Assembly (NCBI GenBank): GCA_951406725.2
Contig: OX597818.1
Location: forward strand, 45,570,001 to 45,634,000
Length of the DNA: 64,000 nucleotides
Direction of reading: 5' to 3'
Origin: Octopus vulgaris
Taxonomy: Eukaryota
Shown: positions 40,949 through 54,558 of the stretch, piece after piece
How the letters are laid out: the number at the start of each line of letters is the position of its first letter
Position numbering within the stretch: position 1 is the first letter of the stretch
Notes under the pieces: model-generated
The model's database searches: none
What the model was told of the DNA's origin: nothing
The model's input: the letters and a program-made list of their open reading frames with translations, nothing else
Translations under genes and position numbers: made by a program

Positions 40949-41149
40949 TGTTTCTTTATTACCCACAAGGGGCGAAACATAGAGGGGACAAACAAGGACA
41001 GATACACAGATTAAGTCGATTACATCGACCCCGAAAGGATGAAAGGTAAAGTCGACCTCGGCGGAATTTGAACTCAGAACGTAGCGGCAGACGAAATACC
41101 GCTAAGCATTTCGACTAACGTGCTAACGATTCTGCCAACTCGCCGCCTT
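40949..41149 (-). mobile_element. SINE family A with internal deletion
   Basis: TSD gga(g/a)cctatttagtacc. Confidence 0.9.
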
Positions 41150-41489
41150 GGAACCTATTTAGTACCGGAGACGCTGAAAATGCATAATAACCTATAAGAC
41201 CTCGTAGCTTCTCAAAGAAATAAGGATTTTTTTATTTTTACAAATTACTAATTCATAGGTATGTAGCTTACATAAAAATGTTGTCTTGGGGATTTAACTA
41301 TTTTTCCGTAAGGGCTTTTAGAAACTTTGTCAACAGCTGTTTTAAATTTCATCGTGGGCCAAATTTCTTCACGAATGACGCTATGAAATGATTCGACCCG
41401 CAAGCAATAGCAATCAAATTTCTTTCGAATCACGTCCTACCGTCTTACAAAGGGACTGGCGATACATTAGATGATTTAAAAGTGGTTTT

Positions 41490-41849
41490 AAATTTTGGCA
41501 CAAGGCCAGCAATTTTGGAAGAGGAGATAAGTCGATTATCCACCACAAAAAGATGAAAGGCAAAAATCAACCTCGGCGGAACTTGAACTCAGAACGTAAG
41601 GAGAGACAAAATACCTATTTCTTTACTACCCACAAGGGGCTAAACACAGAGAGGACAAACAAGGACAGACAAACGGATTAAGTCGATTATATCAACCCCA
41701 GTGCGTTACTGGTACTTATTTAATCGACCCCCGAAAGGATGAAAGGCAAAGTCGACCTCGACGGAATTTGAACTCAGAACGTAGCGACAGACGAAATACT
41801 GCTAAGCATTTCGCCCGGCGTGCTAACGAATCTGCCAGCTCCACGCCTT
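41490..41849 (-). mobile_element. Young SINE A unit fused to old A-related copy
   Basis: Junction aaatacc/tatttcttt at ~41612. Confidence 0.85.
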
Positions 41850-42426
41850 ATTTGATAATGTAACATTAGTTTCAAATTTTGGCACAAGGCAAGATTAGAT
41901 AATGTAACATCAAATACACTATGACTGAAAAAACAAGAAGATTAGTTCGATAAATCTATCAACCCTTTCATTATGGATCCGCTTCGTCACGCCTGACTTA
42001 GTGTTAAAGAAAAACAACGCCTACACCTGCTTGCAAATAAATAGATGAACAGATGAAGAAACGAACAGATTAAGAGATGAGAATGGACGAATCTGAACAG
42101 AATGTAAATATACATGTAAATTATCGAATTATTTTTTACTGTTTTCATGAAGAGTGGAGGTCAGCGCTCATGTACCCGTTTTGGGGAGGCGAGGAGTTGT
42201 TTTGTTTTGCAGGGTAGCTTTTCTTTTAGAGTGGGGTGCAGGATCTCCAAGATTTGTAGGAGGAAGGGAGAAAGTTATCCTCAGCCAGGAGACGTGGTCT
42301 GAATATTTACAATAGAATGAATTCCGCTAAGCACCACCCACCCACGCAGTGATCAGAGGATTATATCAAACTCGATTATATCAGAGGATTATATCAAACT
42401 CGATTATATCAGAGGATTATATCAAA

Positions 42427-42635
42427 GGCGGCGAGCTGGCAGAAACGTTAGCACGCCGGGCGAAATGCGTAGGTTCTGGGTTCAAATTCCGCCGAGGTCG
42501 ACTTTGCCTTTCATCCTTTCGGGGTCGATAAATTAAGTACCAGTTACGCATTGGGGTCGATGTAATCGACTTAATCCGTTTATCTGTCCTTGTTTGTCCC
42601 CTCTGTGTTTAGCCCCTTGTGGGTAGTAAAGAAAT
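42427..42635 (+). mobile_element. SINE family A with adjacent 28-bp tandem repeat at 42352-42426
   Basis: TSD tatatcaaa; unit atcagaggattatatcaaactcgattat repeated about 2.6 times. Confidence 0.88.
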
Positions 42636-43238
42636 ATATATCAAACTGGTTGACTCATTCAATTTAACCGTCAAAAGTCTCAAAACAAACACCACAAGGT
42701 ATCTCACTCGACTCTCTAACGATTCCGCAAATCCACCGCCCTGTCCCATTTTTTTCTGTATATGAACCGTTGCTGCGTAGGCTGCAGATGTTGTGGGGTT
42801 TCTCATTCGGATGGGAACCCAGGAGGGCAGTGTCTGAATCACTTGGACGAGATGACCGTCATGATATAGAATTCATTTTATCGGCAGCAAACTAGAGGAA
42901 TATCGGTGGTTAGAAGAACACATTAACAAAGGACAAATCGGTGGACCTGATGTTCAGCTCCTGGAAAAGCAAGTCTGTGAGCGTCAGTAGTTTCCGTCGC
43001 TGAGAATTCGACCCGCTTAAAGTTCTTGACGTTCAAACGTCCAAATGAATAAAATCAGGATGGTTAGTCTCACACAGAAATAGAATGGAAGGAATCGGTT
43101 TCTAAATGTTCAAATGGAAGTGGCTAACACCTACATAACTTCAGAGTTTCGCTGCCGTTTGACAGTTTGAAAAAATTCGGATGTATGCTTTTTCGCTTCT
43201 TTTAAAAGGTACAAGTTACGCTGATCAGAAGATTCATC

Positions 43239-43532
43239 CTTCTCGAGCCATGCCTGGTTCATCAGGGCCGGTTACCCGGTTTCTTTGGCGTATAGGTTCC
43301 CCACCTGGACGGGACGCCGGTCCGTCGCAGGTGAGCTGCAAGATGCAGAAGGAAAGAGTGAGAGAAAGTTGTGGCGAAAGAGTCGGCAGAAGTTCGTCAT
43401 TACCTTCTGCTGGAGCCGCGTGGAGCTTAGGTGTTTTGTTTATAAATATACACATCGCCCGGTCTGAGATTCGAACCCGCAATCCCTCGACCGCGAGTCC
43501 GCTGCTCTAACCACTAGGTCATGTGCCTCCAC
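43239..43532 (-). mobile_element. SINE family C, short-tail variant
   Basis: tRNA-like head at 43460-43532. Confidence 0.88.
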
Positions 43533-43544
43533 CTAAATAAATGC

Positions 43545-43789
43545 GCCCTTTTAAAGCATAGCCAGGCTCATGGGCCCGGTTTCTCGGTTTCAATGGCGTA
43601 TGTGTTCCCCAGCTAGACGGGATGCCAGTCCATCGCAGCGTTACTCATTTTTGCCAGCTGAGTGGACTGGAGCAACATGAAATGAAGTGTTTTGCTCAAG
43701 AACACAACGCGTCGCCCGATCCAGGAATCGAAACCACAATCTTACGATCATGATACTGACACCCTAACCACTAAGCCACGCACCTCCAC
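43545..43789 (-). mobile_element. SINE family D
   Basis: tRNA-like head; tail homologous to that of the adjacent family C copy. Confidence 0.88.
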
Positions 43790-44419
43790 AGAAGATCCAT
43801 CACTTACCAACTACTCCAGAAGGTTTCAAAGTGCCCTAATTGCCGGACTGCCTGCATTTGCTGGTGCTACGACATCTTCACAGATACAAGATCGACGACG
43901 GTGAGCCGCCTATCTTCTTTTCTTTTTTTACCCAATTGCAGTCCTGGAACAAGTGCAGCCCGAGTTAGAGCATTTGGCATCTGGAATTCCACGAGCCGCA
44001 CACAGCACACCACAAGCTAGACAATGTGATCGGTGGAACATCAACACTTGCATTTTATAGAGGCTTGGTGGAAGGTATGAATGACGATATTTGGGAACAA
44101 CTTCGGAGTTTGTCAAGAAACGTTCGAGTAGTCTTTCCGAGTCCGAACTATTTAGAAGTCTTTTGGTCTGGAAGTCCTACAGTGGAAAACAGTAAATTTT
44201 ACGAGCGTGTTTTCAAGGTAGAGCTGCCAGCAACCGGCTATATTCCACAATGTAAGCATAGTTTCCATCACATGAAATGTACCCAAAGAAGCGTGATCTT
44301 GTATCTGTGTTAAAAATTGCTGTTATTCTAAAAGAAATCATTATTACACATTGATATTGTTATTGTTGTTGACGTTGTTGTTATTACTAATATTATTGTT
44401 TTTCGGATTATTACAATTT

Positions 44420-44560
44420 AGAAGAAGAAGAAGAAGAAGAAGAAGAAGAAGAAGAAGAAGGAGGAGGGTGGAAAGAGAAGAAGGAGATGGGGAGGGGGAG
44501 AAAGATAAGGAGGAGGAGGAGACGAAGAAGAAGAAGAAGAAGAAGAAGAAGAAGAAGAAG
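44420..44560. repeat. (GAA)n/purine-rich repeat
   Basis: Direct reading. Confidence 0.95.
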
Positions 44561-44783
44561 AATGCTTAGCAGCATCTTTACGTTCTGAGTTCAAATTCTG
44601 CCGAGGTCGACTTTGTCTTTCATCCTTTCGGGGTCGATGAAATAAGTACTAATTGAGTACTGGGGTCGAAGTAATTGACTAACCCCTAATCGAAAAGATA
44701 GTAGAAAAGATCATTATTTTAGAAGTCTTTTTTATTACGTACTTTCACCGGACAATCATCCATAGCTCTATACGCATTCGATC

Positions 44784-45140
44784 TGTTATATTTCGGGACG
44801 GTCATTTTTTTTTTACCAAATAAACACACGCACTAAATATTCGTTCTTCACTCGTTTATTACTTTTCTTATTTCAACTCTTGTCCATTGTCTGGAAATCT
44901 TTCGCCGCACATCTGTGACCTCTTCAGCGAACCTTTCCATCCACGTGTATCCTGAAGAGGTCACAGATGTGTGACGAAAGATTTGCAGACAATGGACATG
45001 ATATAAAATGAGAGCAGTAATAAACGAATGAAGAACGATTATACAGTGCGTGTGTTTATTTGGCAAAAGAAAAATGACCGTCCCGAGATACAACAATATC
45101 TGTTTCAAGACACGGTTTCACATCAGGAATCTTGCAACAC
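44784..45140. mobile_element. Inverted pair of Penelope-like pLTR fragments, each with a hammerhead core
   Basis: ~145-bp imperfect arms; CTGAAGA-g-GTCAC agatgt GTGAC-GAAA at 44952-44979 and inverse at 44891-44927. Confidence 0.75.
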
Positions 45141-45344
45141 ACATTCATAAATGTAAATTATATTGGAATGTTTTCTACGTAATATGTGTCCAGTGCTAAA
45201 TGTTAAGTATATGTGAAAGTCCAGTGATTTGGGTCATGCATTTGTCTACTTCTCTTTTAATCTTTCCCGGTGCATCTATTAATTACAATGAAAACTGTTT
45301 CTGTTTTCAATCATCACATTCTGATTTTCTCTACTTCCAGATAT

Positions 45345-45346
45345 TT

Positions 45347-45403
<57 letters not shown>

Positions 45404-45462
45404 TATACATATATACATATATATATATACATACATATATATATATACATACATATATATAT

Positions 45463-45527
<65 letters not shown>

Positions 45528-45842
45528 TATATACATACATACATATATATATATATGCATACATACATATATATATATACATACATACATATATATATAC
45601 ATACATACATATATATATATATACATACATACATACATATATATACATACATACATATATATATACATACATACATATATATATACATACATACATATAT
45701 ATATACATACATATATATATACATACATACATATATATATACATACATATATATATACATACATATATATATATATATATATACATACATATATATATAT
45801 ACATACATATATATATATATATACATACATACATATATATAT

Positions 45843-45883
<41 letters not shown>

Positions 45884-45893
45884 ATATATATAT

Positions 45894-45924
<31 letters not shown>

Positions 45925-46128
45925 CATACATATATATATATATACATACATATATATATATATACATATGTATATACATATATACATATATATATATACA
46001 TATGCATATATATACATATATACAAATATATATACATACATATATACATATATACAAATATATATACATACATATATACATATATACAAATATATATACA
46101 TACATATATACATATATATATATACATT

Positions 46129-46184
<56 letters not shown>

Positions 46185-46206
46185 CATGTATATATATTTA
46201 TGTATG

Positions 46207-46237
<31 letters not shown>

Positions 46238-46250
46238 ATATATATATTAT
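45345..46250. repeat. ~0.9-kb (TA)/(TACA)n complex microsatellite
   Basis: Direct reading; explains the 260-368 aa low-complexity ORFs. Confidence 0.98.
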
Positions 46251-46252
46251 AT

Positions 46253-46360
46253 CCAATTTCTTTTGAAGTTGCATCACCCTCTACTGAGACTAATACTTCG
46301 ATTTGAAGAAATGGCATTTCCTGATAGTCCTTGACAACTATATCCGGTTGATATTTGTCT
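46253..46360 (-). pseudogene. Fragment of restriction-like endonuclease of an R4/Dong-type LINE
   Basis: [19 protein letters not shown]...SKEIG resembles RPDIVV...LIDV.......K..EK. Confidence 0.5.
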
Positions 46361-46493
46361 TTTCTCTCTCTCTCTCTCCTCCCCATCAGCACCAACAGCA
46401 CCACAACCATCATTATATATGTATGGCTAGATAGACACAGAGAGAGGGAGGAAGAAAGACAAAATTTGTATTCAAACACATTCATGCATATAA

Positions 46494-46568
<75 letters not shown>

Positions 46569-46573
46569 AGTGT

Positions 46574-47250
46574 ACACGGTGCGACGGGTAAATTGTCACC
46601 ATTTTATATTGCTGTTAATTTTGTGCATACGCATTGTTTGTTTTTGATTCTGTCGACTACGCAGTATAGTGGGGTCAGTTGGGCACCGTCTGTGATAAAA
46701 ACAGCAACATGACGCAATTCACTCCGCCAGAAATTTGGAAACAACATGCTGTACTGCTTGGCATTCACGCCAGAACCTACAATATGAACATTTCAGAGTG
46801 TTTAGGTGTCAATCTGAGGACATGTACCGAGAGTGATAAAAATCAAACATCCAGTCAACATCATGGTGTTTGGAGTGGTCACTAATGATGGCGACGTTAT
46901 GCCTCTATTCGTCTTCCCATATAGCCTCACACTCAACACGGAGGCCTACATCAAGTACCTGGCGGTGTAGTGCTGCCTTGGGTGAAGAGGGTGGCTGCTG
47001 GAAGACACTATGTCTGACAACAGGACTCTGCACCATGCCATACGAGCAGGAGACCCCAGTCATAGCGGTCAGACAATTTTTACGACCACATCACCCTTAG
47101 CATCTAGCCACTGCAACCGCGTTGGTTATGTGTGGGGCGCAGTTGAGCGAGATACCAACAACTCCATATAACGCCAAAGATGAACTGAAGGTAAGGATTA
47201 TGGCAGCATTCACCAACTTAAACAAGGAGACCATCCAGAAGAGTCAGAAG
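46574..47250 (+). mobile_element. Decayed Tc1/mariner (maT-like) transposon
   Basis: KHPVNIMVFGVVTNDGDVMP, QQDSAPCHTSR, YVWGAVE motifs with stops and frameshifts. Confidence 0.85.
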
Positions 47251-47257
47251 AGATACC

Positions 47258-47487
47258 TATTTCTTTACTATCCACAAGGGGCTAAACACAGAGAGGAGAA
47301 ACAAGGACAGACAAACGGATTAAGTCAACTACATCGACCCCAATGCGTAACTGGTACTTAATTTATCGACCCCAAAAGGATGAAAGGCAAAGTCGACCTC
47401 GGCGGAATTTGAACTCAGAACGTAACGGCAGACGAAATACGGCTACGCATTTCGCCCGGCGTGCTTACGATTCTGCCAGCTCGCCGC
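47258..47487 (-). mobile_element. SINE family A
   Basis: Full unit. Confidence 0.9.
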
Positions 47488-48111
47488 CCCGCCCTTATAT
47501 CCCTTTATCTATCTGTTTATCTCACCACTCCTTTCCCTTCTGTCTTCCTTCATCCTTCTCTCTCTCTCTCCGTCTCTTGATTGACTGACTGACTGAAGTA
47601 ATGTGTTACAACTTCTGAGTAATTAGTCATTCTATAATACACTTTCTAGTGTATCTATCATCTTGCTGTTTGATGTTGTTGTAATGTTGGTATAACTTCC
47701 AGCGTATGAAAGATCCCGTCCCGTCATTCCTAGATGTGCTATTCCTTGATTAAGACTTGGCAATAAGACACAATATGATAAATCGTTTTTTTTTTTTTTC
47801 AACCTCTGCATGTTCTGAATTTACTCCATGTAGACGAATTAATGAAGCGTGAATCATACGAACACCAGACGGATAAATGATAAAGCACAATGGTAAAACC
47901 AAAACATAGAACTCTTACAGAAGACGGAGAAACATTAAAAAAAAAGGGAACTAGAACAACACAGATAAAGAGGAATGAGAATATGAAAAACACTTAAGAA
48001 TGGGGAATTATTTATAGCTAGATGGTCATATCTGTCGGGAGAGAGAGAGAGACTTTATAAGAGATATCCCACGATGCCTGTGACAAGATATAAAATATCA
48101 CAAAAATAACA

Positions 48112-48420
48112 AATCATCATCATCATTGTTCGACCGTGGTCGAGACAATGGAATTTACCATGCTACGCCAGACTTCACGGTCCATCATGGCATTACGGAG
48201 GTCCTGTTGCTGGATGCATGTATCCCTGGAGATTACATCAGGGTAGGAGAGTGTGCACCCTCTGGTATTGCGAGTAGATGGCTTCCAGAGGAGAAGAGTA
48301 GAAATTACTTCTTTTTCAGCACTACAACAATGTCCAGCAAACTGGACTCTCCTACCTTTCACAAGAGATGACACATATATTTCCCATATATTTGCATTTT
48401 GGTTGGATGGCGCTTCCACG
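48112..48420 (-). mobile_element. 3' fragment of RTE-type LINE
   Basis: RRVQFAGHC...LLLWKP...AMMDREVWR; (ATG)n tail. Confidence 0.85.
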
Positions 48421-48946
48421 AGAGATTTAAAACAAATAATAAAACAAATACAAATGAAAAATTATATTATTCAGTCCAAGGTTAAAAGGAGAAAATGTAC
48501 TTTAGATTAAATGCATAGAAAGTGTGAAAATGGAGAGTGCAAAATTGATTACGGTATAAACAAGCGAACAGACACCCGACGAAAATTTTGCTTATTCTAA
48601 AGAGCTGATTTTTGTTCTTTTCTCTCACTAGTAAAACAGCAAAAGCATAAAAACACGAAAGGAATACGATTCTAATCTACATGTATATTTTATGGGCATG
48701 TTCTCCCTTCAAAACAAAACTACAACAGTATTCTCGTGTGAAATTTGGATACGTAATAACATTGATCTAATGTAACGTTGGATTGTATGCCAACAGACTG
48801 GCTCGTTTAAGAATATACATTCTCAAAAAAACAGTTATCAATAGACGTGAAAACAGGATACACAACGAAAATATATTTATAAAAAAAAACAGGCAAAAGC
48901 AAACAGTGACAAAAATATTTTTTTTTTTTAAATTAAATAAATTATA

Positions 48947-49139
48947 GGTGTAGGAATGGCTGTGTGGTAAGTAGCATGCTTACCAACCACATGGTTCCTG
49001 GTTCAGTTCCACGGCGTGGCACCTTGGGCAAGTGTCTTCTACTATAGTCTCGGGCCGACCAAAGCCTTGTGAGTGGATTTGGTAGACGGAAACTGAAAGA
49101 AGCCTGTCGTATATATACATGCATATACACACACACACA

Positions 49140-49230
<91 letters not shown>

Positions 49231-49701
49231 ATGTGTGTGTATGTTTGTATGTCTATGTTTGTCCCCCCAACATTTGTTTCTGTATTACCCACAAGGGGCT
49301 AAACAAAGAGGGGACAAACAAGGACAGACAAACGGATTAAGTCGATTACATCGACCCCAGTGCGTAACTGGTCCTTAATTTATCGACCCCGAAAGGATGA
49401 AAGGCAAAGTCGACCTCGGTGGAATTTGAACTCAGAACGTAACGGCAGACGAAATACGGCTACGCATTTCGCCCGGCGTGCTAACGGTTCTGCCAGCTCA
49501 CCGTTTGTCCCCCCAACATCGCTTGACAACTGATGCTTGTGCCTTTACGTCCCCGTAACTTAGCGGTTCGGCAAATGAGACCAATAGAATAAGTACTAGG
49601 CTTACAAAAGAATAAGTCCTGGAGTTGATTTGCTCGACTAAATGCGGTGCTCCAGCATGGCCGCAGTCAAAATGACTGAAACAAGTAAAAGGGTGTAAGA
49701 G
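48947..49701 (+). mobile_element. SINE family B containing a nested SINE A (49275-49502, minus)
   Basis: Nested copy flanked by TSD gtttgtccccccaacat. Confidence 0.9.
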
Positions 49702-50197
49702 TAAATAGACATTGAGAACATAAACCACCAAGATAGATCTAACAGGCGAAAAGTAAAATACCGAAAACAGCAAAACCAAACCATAGAACGCCTACAGAAA
49801 ATTGACGAACAGAAAACGGAATCAGAACAAGCAAAAACTGTATAAAAAGACATTATCCGGCCTTCCGTGTCTGTTTTCAGTCCAGAGCTCTTAATTCACC
49901 GCTAGGTCTTTATTCACCTTAATTCACCGCTAGGTCTTTACTTGGTCCACGTCTCCATTCTGCGTCGGCTTTGGGTGCTTCCCAATGTATAAACTTGACC
50001 ACCACAGGTCTTCTGCAGTTGAAGCTGGTCATGGTGCTTTGAATTCTGCTTCACTCGTTATCATCATCATCATTGATGCCGTCATCATCATCGTCGTCGT
50101 TGTCGTTGTCATTACTGTTGCTGTAGTTGTTACTGGATTGGCACAGAATGTTAGAATGCCGGAGAAAATGCTTTGCGGTATTTTATTTATTTATTAA

Positions 50198-50428
50198 GGC
50201 GGCGAGCTGGCAGAATCGTTAGCACGCCGGGTGAAATGCTTATTTGTGTTTCGTCTGCCGTTACGTTCCGGGTTCAAATTCCGCCGAGGTCGACTTTGCC
50301 TTTCATCCTTTCGGGGTCGATAAATTAAGTGCCAGTTACGCACTGGGGTCGATGTAATCGACTTAATCCCTTTGTCTGTCCTTGTTTGCCCCCTCTATGT
50401 TTAGCCCCTTGTGGGCAATAAAGAAATA
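50198..50428 (+). mobile_element. SINE family A
   Basis: Full unit. Confidence 0.9.
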
Positions 50429-51428
50429 AGAAATAAGAATAGAAATTTCTCTCCCTTCTAATATTTTACTTCAGAAGTGTTATGTTATGCATCTTTGTGG
50501 TGAACATACGAGGCCATATGTCACAAAAATGTTCATTTTTTTTTTTTTTTTCGAGAGCAGGAAATTTAAATGTCGCATTTGCACAAAACCAGATCACGTC
50601 GGGATTTTCTACCTAACGTGGAGAGGAGACGAATGAAGGACATTACCGCTGCTACAATTTCCTCCGACTACTATAACCATAACAACAACTTAACACAGCA
50701 GCTAACTTAGATAAAACCAGTAGACAAAAACCCGGTTTCAGAAATTTACAAAACAAAAAAAATCCAGGGGTTGAATTAGCAAATCAATTAAAGAGAATTA
50801 GTGAGGGTTCCACCACAACGAAATGTTCCACGAAATAAAAATAAAAAAGAAGCAAAAATTGACCGACTGGAGAATAGTAATTTCAATAGCAATTAGAACA
50901 GTATCCGATAACTTGAGGAAGGAAGTGGCTATAGAGAGCAGTGGTGTTTGGTGAGGTGGAGCAAGTTAAGTGATCAGAGAAGGTGCATAGAAAAAGCATT
51001 GCATGCGGTTTGGTAGCAGAGAAAACGGCCCTCGTCCATTCGGCGCGAAACGCGATAGATGAGTTGTTTGATGAACGATGCCGGCAGAGATGAGAGCATT
51101 GTAGAAGTTAATCTGCCAGTTTTAAAAACTAATACCTGATGATAAACTAAGATAACAGATAGACGAAGATTTACGCCAATGGCTCGGTAGTTTCATTGAA
51201 AATGAAGTCTTGTAAATTCTTGACAAGTTAGTACTTGCGCAGTATTTACAATATGTTACTCAATTTACGCTCATCAAAGTCGTTTAATTTAATCTTCATT
51301 TCTGCAACCAAGGATCAAAAGTGACACCAGCAGATTTAAAGTTAAAATCACTGAATTTTTCGTGGACTCTATAGAAGTTGGTGATTGTTCAACTTCTAAG
51401 TTAATTGCTGAATATTAGTTACTGTATA

Positions 51429-51741
51429 TTCTGTTGAGTCTGGGGAGAGTCATTTTCTTTTTGTGCCTTATAATATAACACACCCACCGGTAAAATTTCT
51501 ACTTATTTCTTATTTTTATTTTCTTAAAATTTTCGTTGCGTCTTGCCTACTATTGAAAAGGTTGCAAGACGCAACGAAACATTTAGGAAAATAAAAATAG
51601 GAAATAAGTGGAAATTTTACCGGTGAGTGTGTTAAATTATAAGGCACAAAAAAAAATGACTCTCCCCAGACACAACAGAATATGCTTCAACACACGAACT
51701 CATATAAAGAATCTTGCAAACCAAATCCAAAAACGAAATAA
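51429..51741. mobile_element. Palindromic Penelope-like non-autonomous element with hammerhead-like motif
   Basis: ~115-bp inverted arms; TSD ttactgtata at 51419-51428 and 51742-51751; cta-TTGAAAA-g-GTTGC aagac GCAAC-GAAACATT-tag. Confidence 0.7.
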
Positions 51742-52147
51742 TTACTGTATAGATATCTCAACTTTTATTTGAATCAGTTCAAACTGTTGGTGCTATAGAA
51801 ATTCATATTGTAGATTCACTGGTCATGAGCTGTTTTTACATTTATTCCCGATGATATTTTCAGCTTTGACTACATCAGAACATCATAAATCTGCCATAGT
51901 GCGCTCCGCCTTCGCAAAATTCAAAAGTCCGGTTATGAAATCATCAAATGAGCAATAAATGAAAACTCTTATGTATGCATATAATTAGTTAACGTCCGGA
52001 ATATAAGAAGAGAATTAAAAATTAACCAACTAGAGAACAGTATTTTCAGACATTCAAAGTGCAACGAATTTGGAATGTTCCCTTATCACCTAACTGGTAT
52101 TATTCTTTGCTTAGCAGTTCTGTACGATTGTGCGCTCCCTGATATAT

Positions 52148-52377
52148 ATTTCTTTACTGCCCTCAAGGGGCTAAACATAGAGGGGACAAACAAGGACAGA
52201 CATAGGTATTAAGTCGATTACATCGACCCCAGTGCGTAACTGGTACTTTATTTATCGACCCCGAAAGGAGGAAAGACAAAGTCGACCTCGGCGGAATTTG
52301 AACTCAGAACGTAACGACAGACGAAATACCGCTAAGCATTTCGCCCGGCGCGCTAACGTTTCTGCCAGCTCGCCGCC
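52148..52377 (-). mobile_element. SINE family A
   Basis: Full unit. Confidence 0.9.
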
Positions 52378-52797
52378 ATCAGTCTGTGAGATAATTGTGG
52401 TAACAATCTTATATAAATAGAGAGATATTTTTAAAAGATATTGTCTTTAATGTTGTTGATATGTGCATCGTATATTATTTTATGCTTTCAGTCAGTTACT
52501 GATAACAATGCAAACTCCCTATACGAGCATTATAAACAGAAAATCTCTAGATTAAAACGTATAGAAATATTGTCATAGGGATTTATAGTAAAACTCTTTA
52601 CTTCTCCTTTTCGTATTCCTAAAAGCTTATTGACTCTCAACAAAGAAGTGTGACCATTCCCAAAACCTGAATTTGTTCTTTTGATAGTGTTTATATTACA
52701 GTGATTACGATCAGATGACCTATTTGATTTCTGTAAAGTTTATTTCCAACAAAATTTAGGCGAACATTTAGTCTCATAGAGCATTATTCTGTAAACA

Positions 52798-53186
52798 GTG
52801 GAGGCACAATGGCCCAGTGGTTAGGGCAGCGGACTCGCGGTCATAGGATCGCGGTTTCGATTCCCAGACCGGGCGTTGTGAGTGTTTATTGAGCGAAAAC
52901 ACATAAAGCTCCACGAGGCTCCGGCAGGGGATGGTGGTGATCCCTGCTGTACTCTTTCACCACAACTTTCTCTCACTCTTACTTCCTGTTTCTGTTGTAC
53001 CTGTATTTCAAGGGGCCGGCCTTGTCACTCTCTGTGTCACGCTGAATATCCCCGAGAACTACGTTAAGGGTACACGTGTCTGTGGAGTGCTCAGCCACTT
53101 ACACGTTAATTTCACGAGCAGGCTGTTCCGTTGATTTGGATCAACCGGAACCCTCATCGTCGTAACCGACGGAGTGCTTCCATCCA
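52798..53186 (+). mobile_element. SINE family C, full length
   Basis: A box TGGCCCAGTGG, B box GGTTTCGATTCC; TSD tattctgtaaaca at 52785-52797 and 53187-53199. Confidence 0.92.
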
Positions 53187-53972
53187 TATTCTGTAAACAA
53201 GTATCACACCAAAATCACATTAGCTGCTCCATTACGACATATCAGTTGTTTGGCTGTGATAGACTCATGTTGGCACTAAGTGCATAGGTATTAATAATTT
53301 ATTTGCTTTCTTCTGTCTTCTATCTTTGGTTTTCAAGTTGGAATGCTGCCAGCATAAAATTGGTGTTCGAAGAAATACTAAGGTACCAATGTCAATCATG
53401 AGATCGATTTTTCAATTCAATGCTTGGCTTTGTAAACTGGAGACAACGCTATGAAAACCTAACTTAAATCATAGATTTGTGGTCCTTAAAACAATTTCAA
53501 TTCTTGCAAAGATGCAAACTTTCTTTATAAAGCAGTGAAAATAAAACTGGATGATATTCATATTTTTCTCTGTAATATAATAACCGATGTCATTTAAGTG
53601 AAAGGTCAACATCCGGGTACTGAAACTGAAAATAATTTAATCATCAGTTTTATCTCTTCAAGAGTTGCAGACAGCTGAGTCAATAGGATGCTACCTATTA
53701 GCCTAAAGGTCGACTGCTGGTGGTTAACATCTTGTCACAGGTGCTGTGAGGTATCTCAAGTAAAGACTCTCTGAATAGTTATGTCCGTCTAGCTATAAAT
53801 AAGAAGCCTAAAAAAAGTATACTTTATTACTGAAAGCAATGGGAATGTAATACCATATACATATGTCATTGTTAGCTTATTGTATTGAGTTCAAATTCTG
53901 TCATGAATTTATCCCGAATAGAGAATCAATCACAAATAGAGATTGATGCCGAGTAAATTGCGTAAAATAATA

Positions 53973-54174
53973 TGTTTCTTTATTGCCCATAAGGGGCTAA
54001 ACACCGAGAGGACAAACAAGGACAGACAAACGGATTAAGTTGATTATATCGACCCCAGTGCGTAACTGGTACTTAATTTATCGACCCCGAAAGGATGAAA
54101 GGCAAAGTCGACTTCGGCGGAATTTGAACTCAGAACGTAACGGCAGACGAAATACAGCTACGCATTTCGCCCGG
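53973..54174 (-). mobile_element. SINE family A, 5'-truncated
   Basis: Matches unit. Confidence 0.88.
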
Positions 54175-54558
54175 ACCACCGAACAAATTTCATCTTGTCA
54201 AGAATCCACAAGACTTGATTGTCAATGAAACTACTGACTGGTTGGCTCATCCTAGATATAAATGAATAGAAATATAACAGTTTAAGACTCTTACTATGAC
54301 AATTCTCTTTTCCTTGAATCCAGTCGAATAAAGAGAAAAGATTACAAATTTTCTGGTTTAGTTCTAGTTCACTAAAGTTGCTATCTAGGCCGTGTCGACA
54401 TTAATCAGCATTTTCTTTCGCTTGTCTATTGAGTTAATCTATTGCATTACTTTTACCGACAATTCCTTCTTCTAGTATTACCTTTGGTTCGGGTAATTCT
54501 GGGATCAAGACAATTTTTTTTTCTTTTTTATACAACATGATAGATTTTCTTTTATATA

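Larger units (their letters stand above)
42690..44110 (+). pseudogene. Decayed Tx1/L1-like LINE ORF2, interrupted by SINEs
   Basis: Remnants INKGQ, SLTQK*NGRNRFLNVQMEVANTYITSEFRCRLT, LRHLHRY, IWHLE, STLAFYRGLVE resemble the post-RT region of L1/Tx1. Confidence 0.55.

Noticed and set aside
44351-44569. Signal-peptide-like ORF with poly-Arg/Lys
   Set aside because: Produced by (TTG/TTA)n and (GAA)n repeats
45200-46334. Long 260-368 aa ORFs (and similar YI/HT/CV/SL-rich ORFs elsewhere)
   Set aside because: Translations of stop-free dinucleotide and tetranucleotide microsatellites
52798-52872. tRNA gene-like sequence (also heads of families A, B and D)
   Set aside because: A and B boxes are present but continue into SINE bodies with TSDs; no clean cloverleaf or terminator
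53300-53390. Possible 45-nt exon after a pyrimidine tract
   Set aside because: Weak donor (GTACCA), no recognisable peptide and no partner exons
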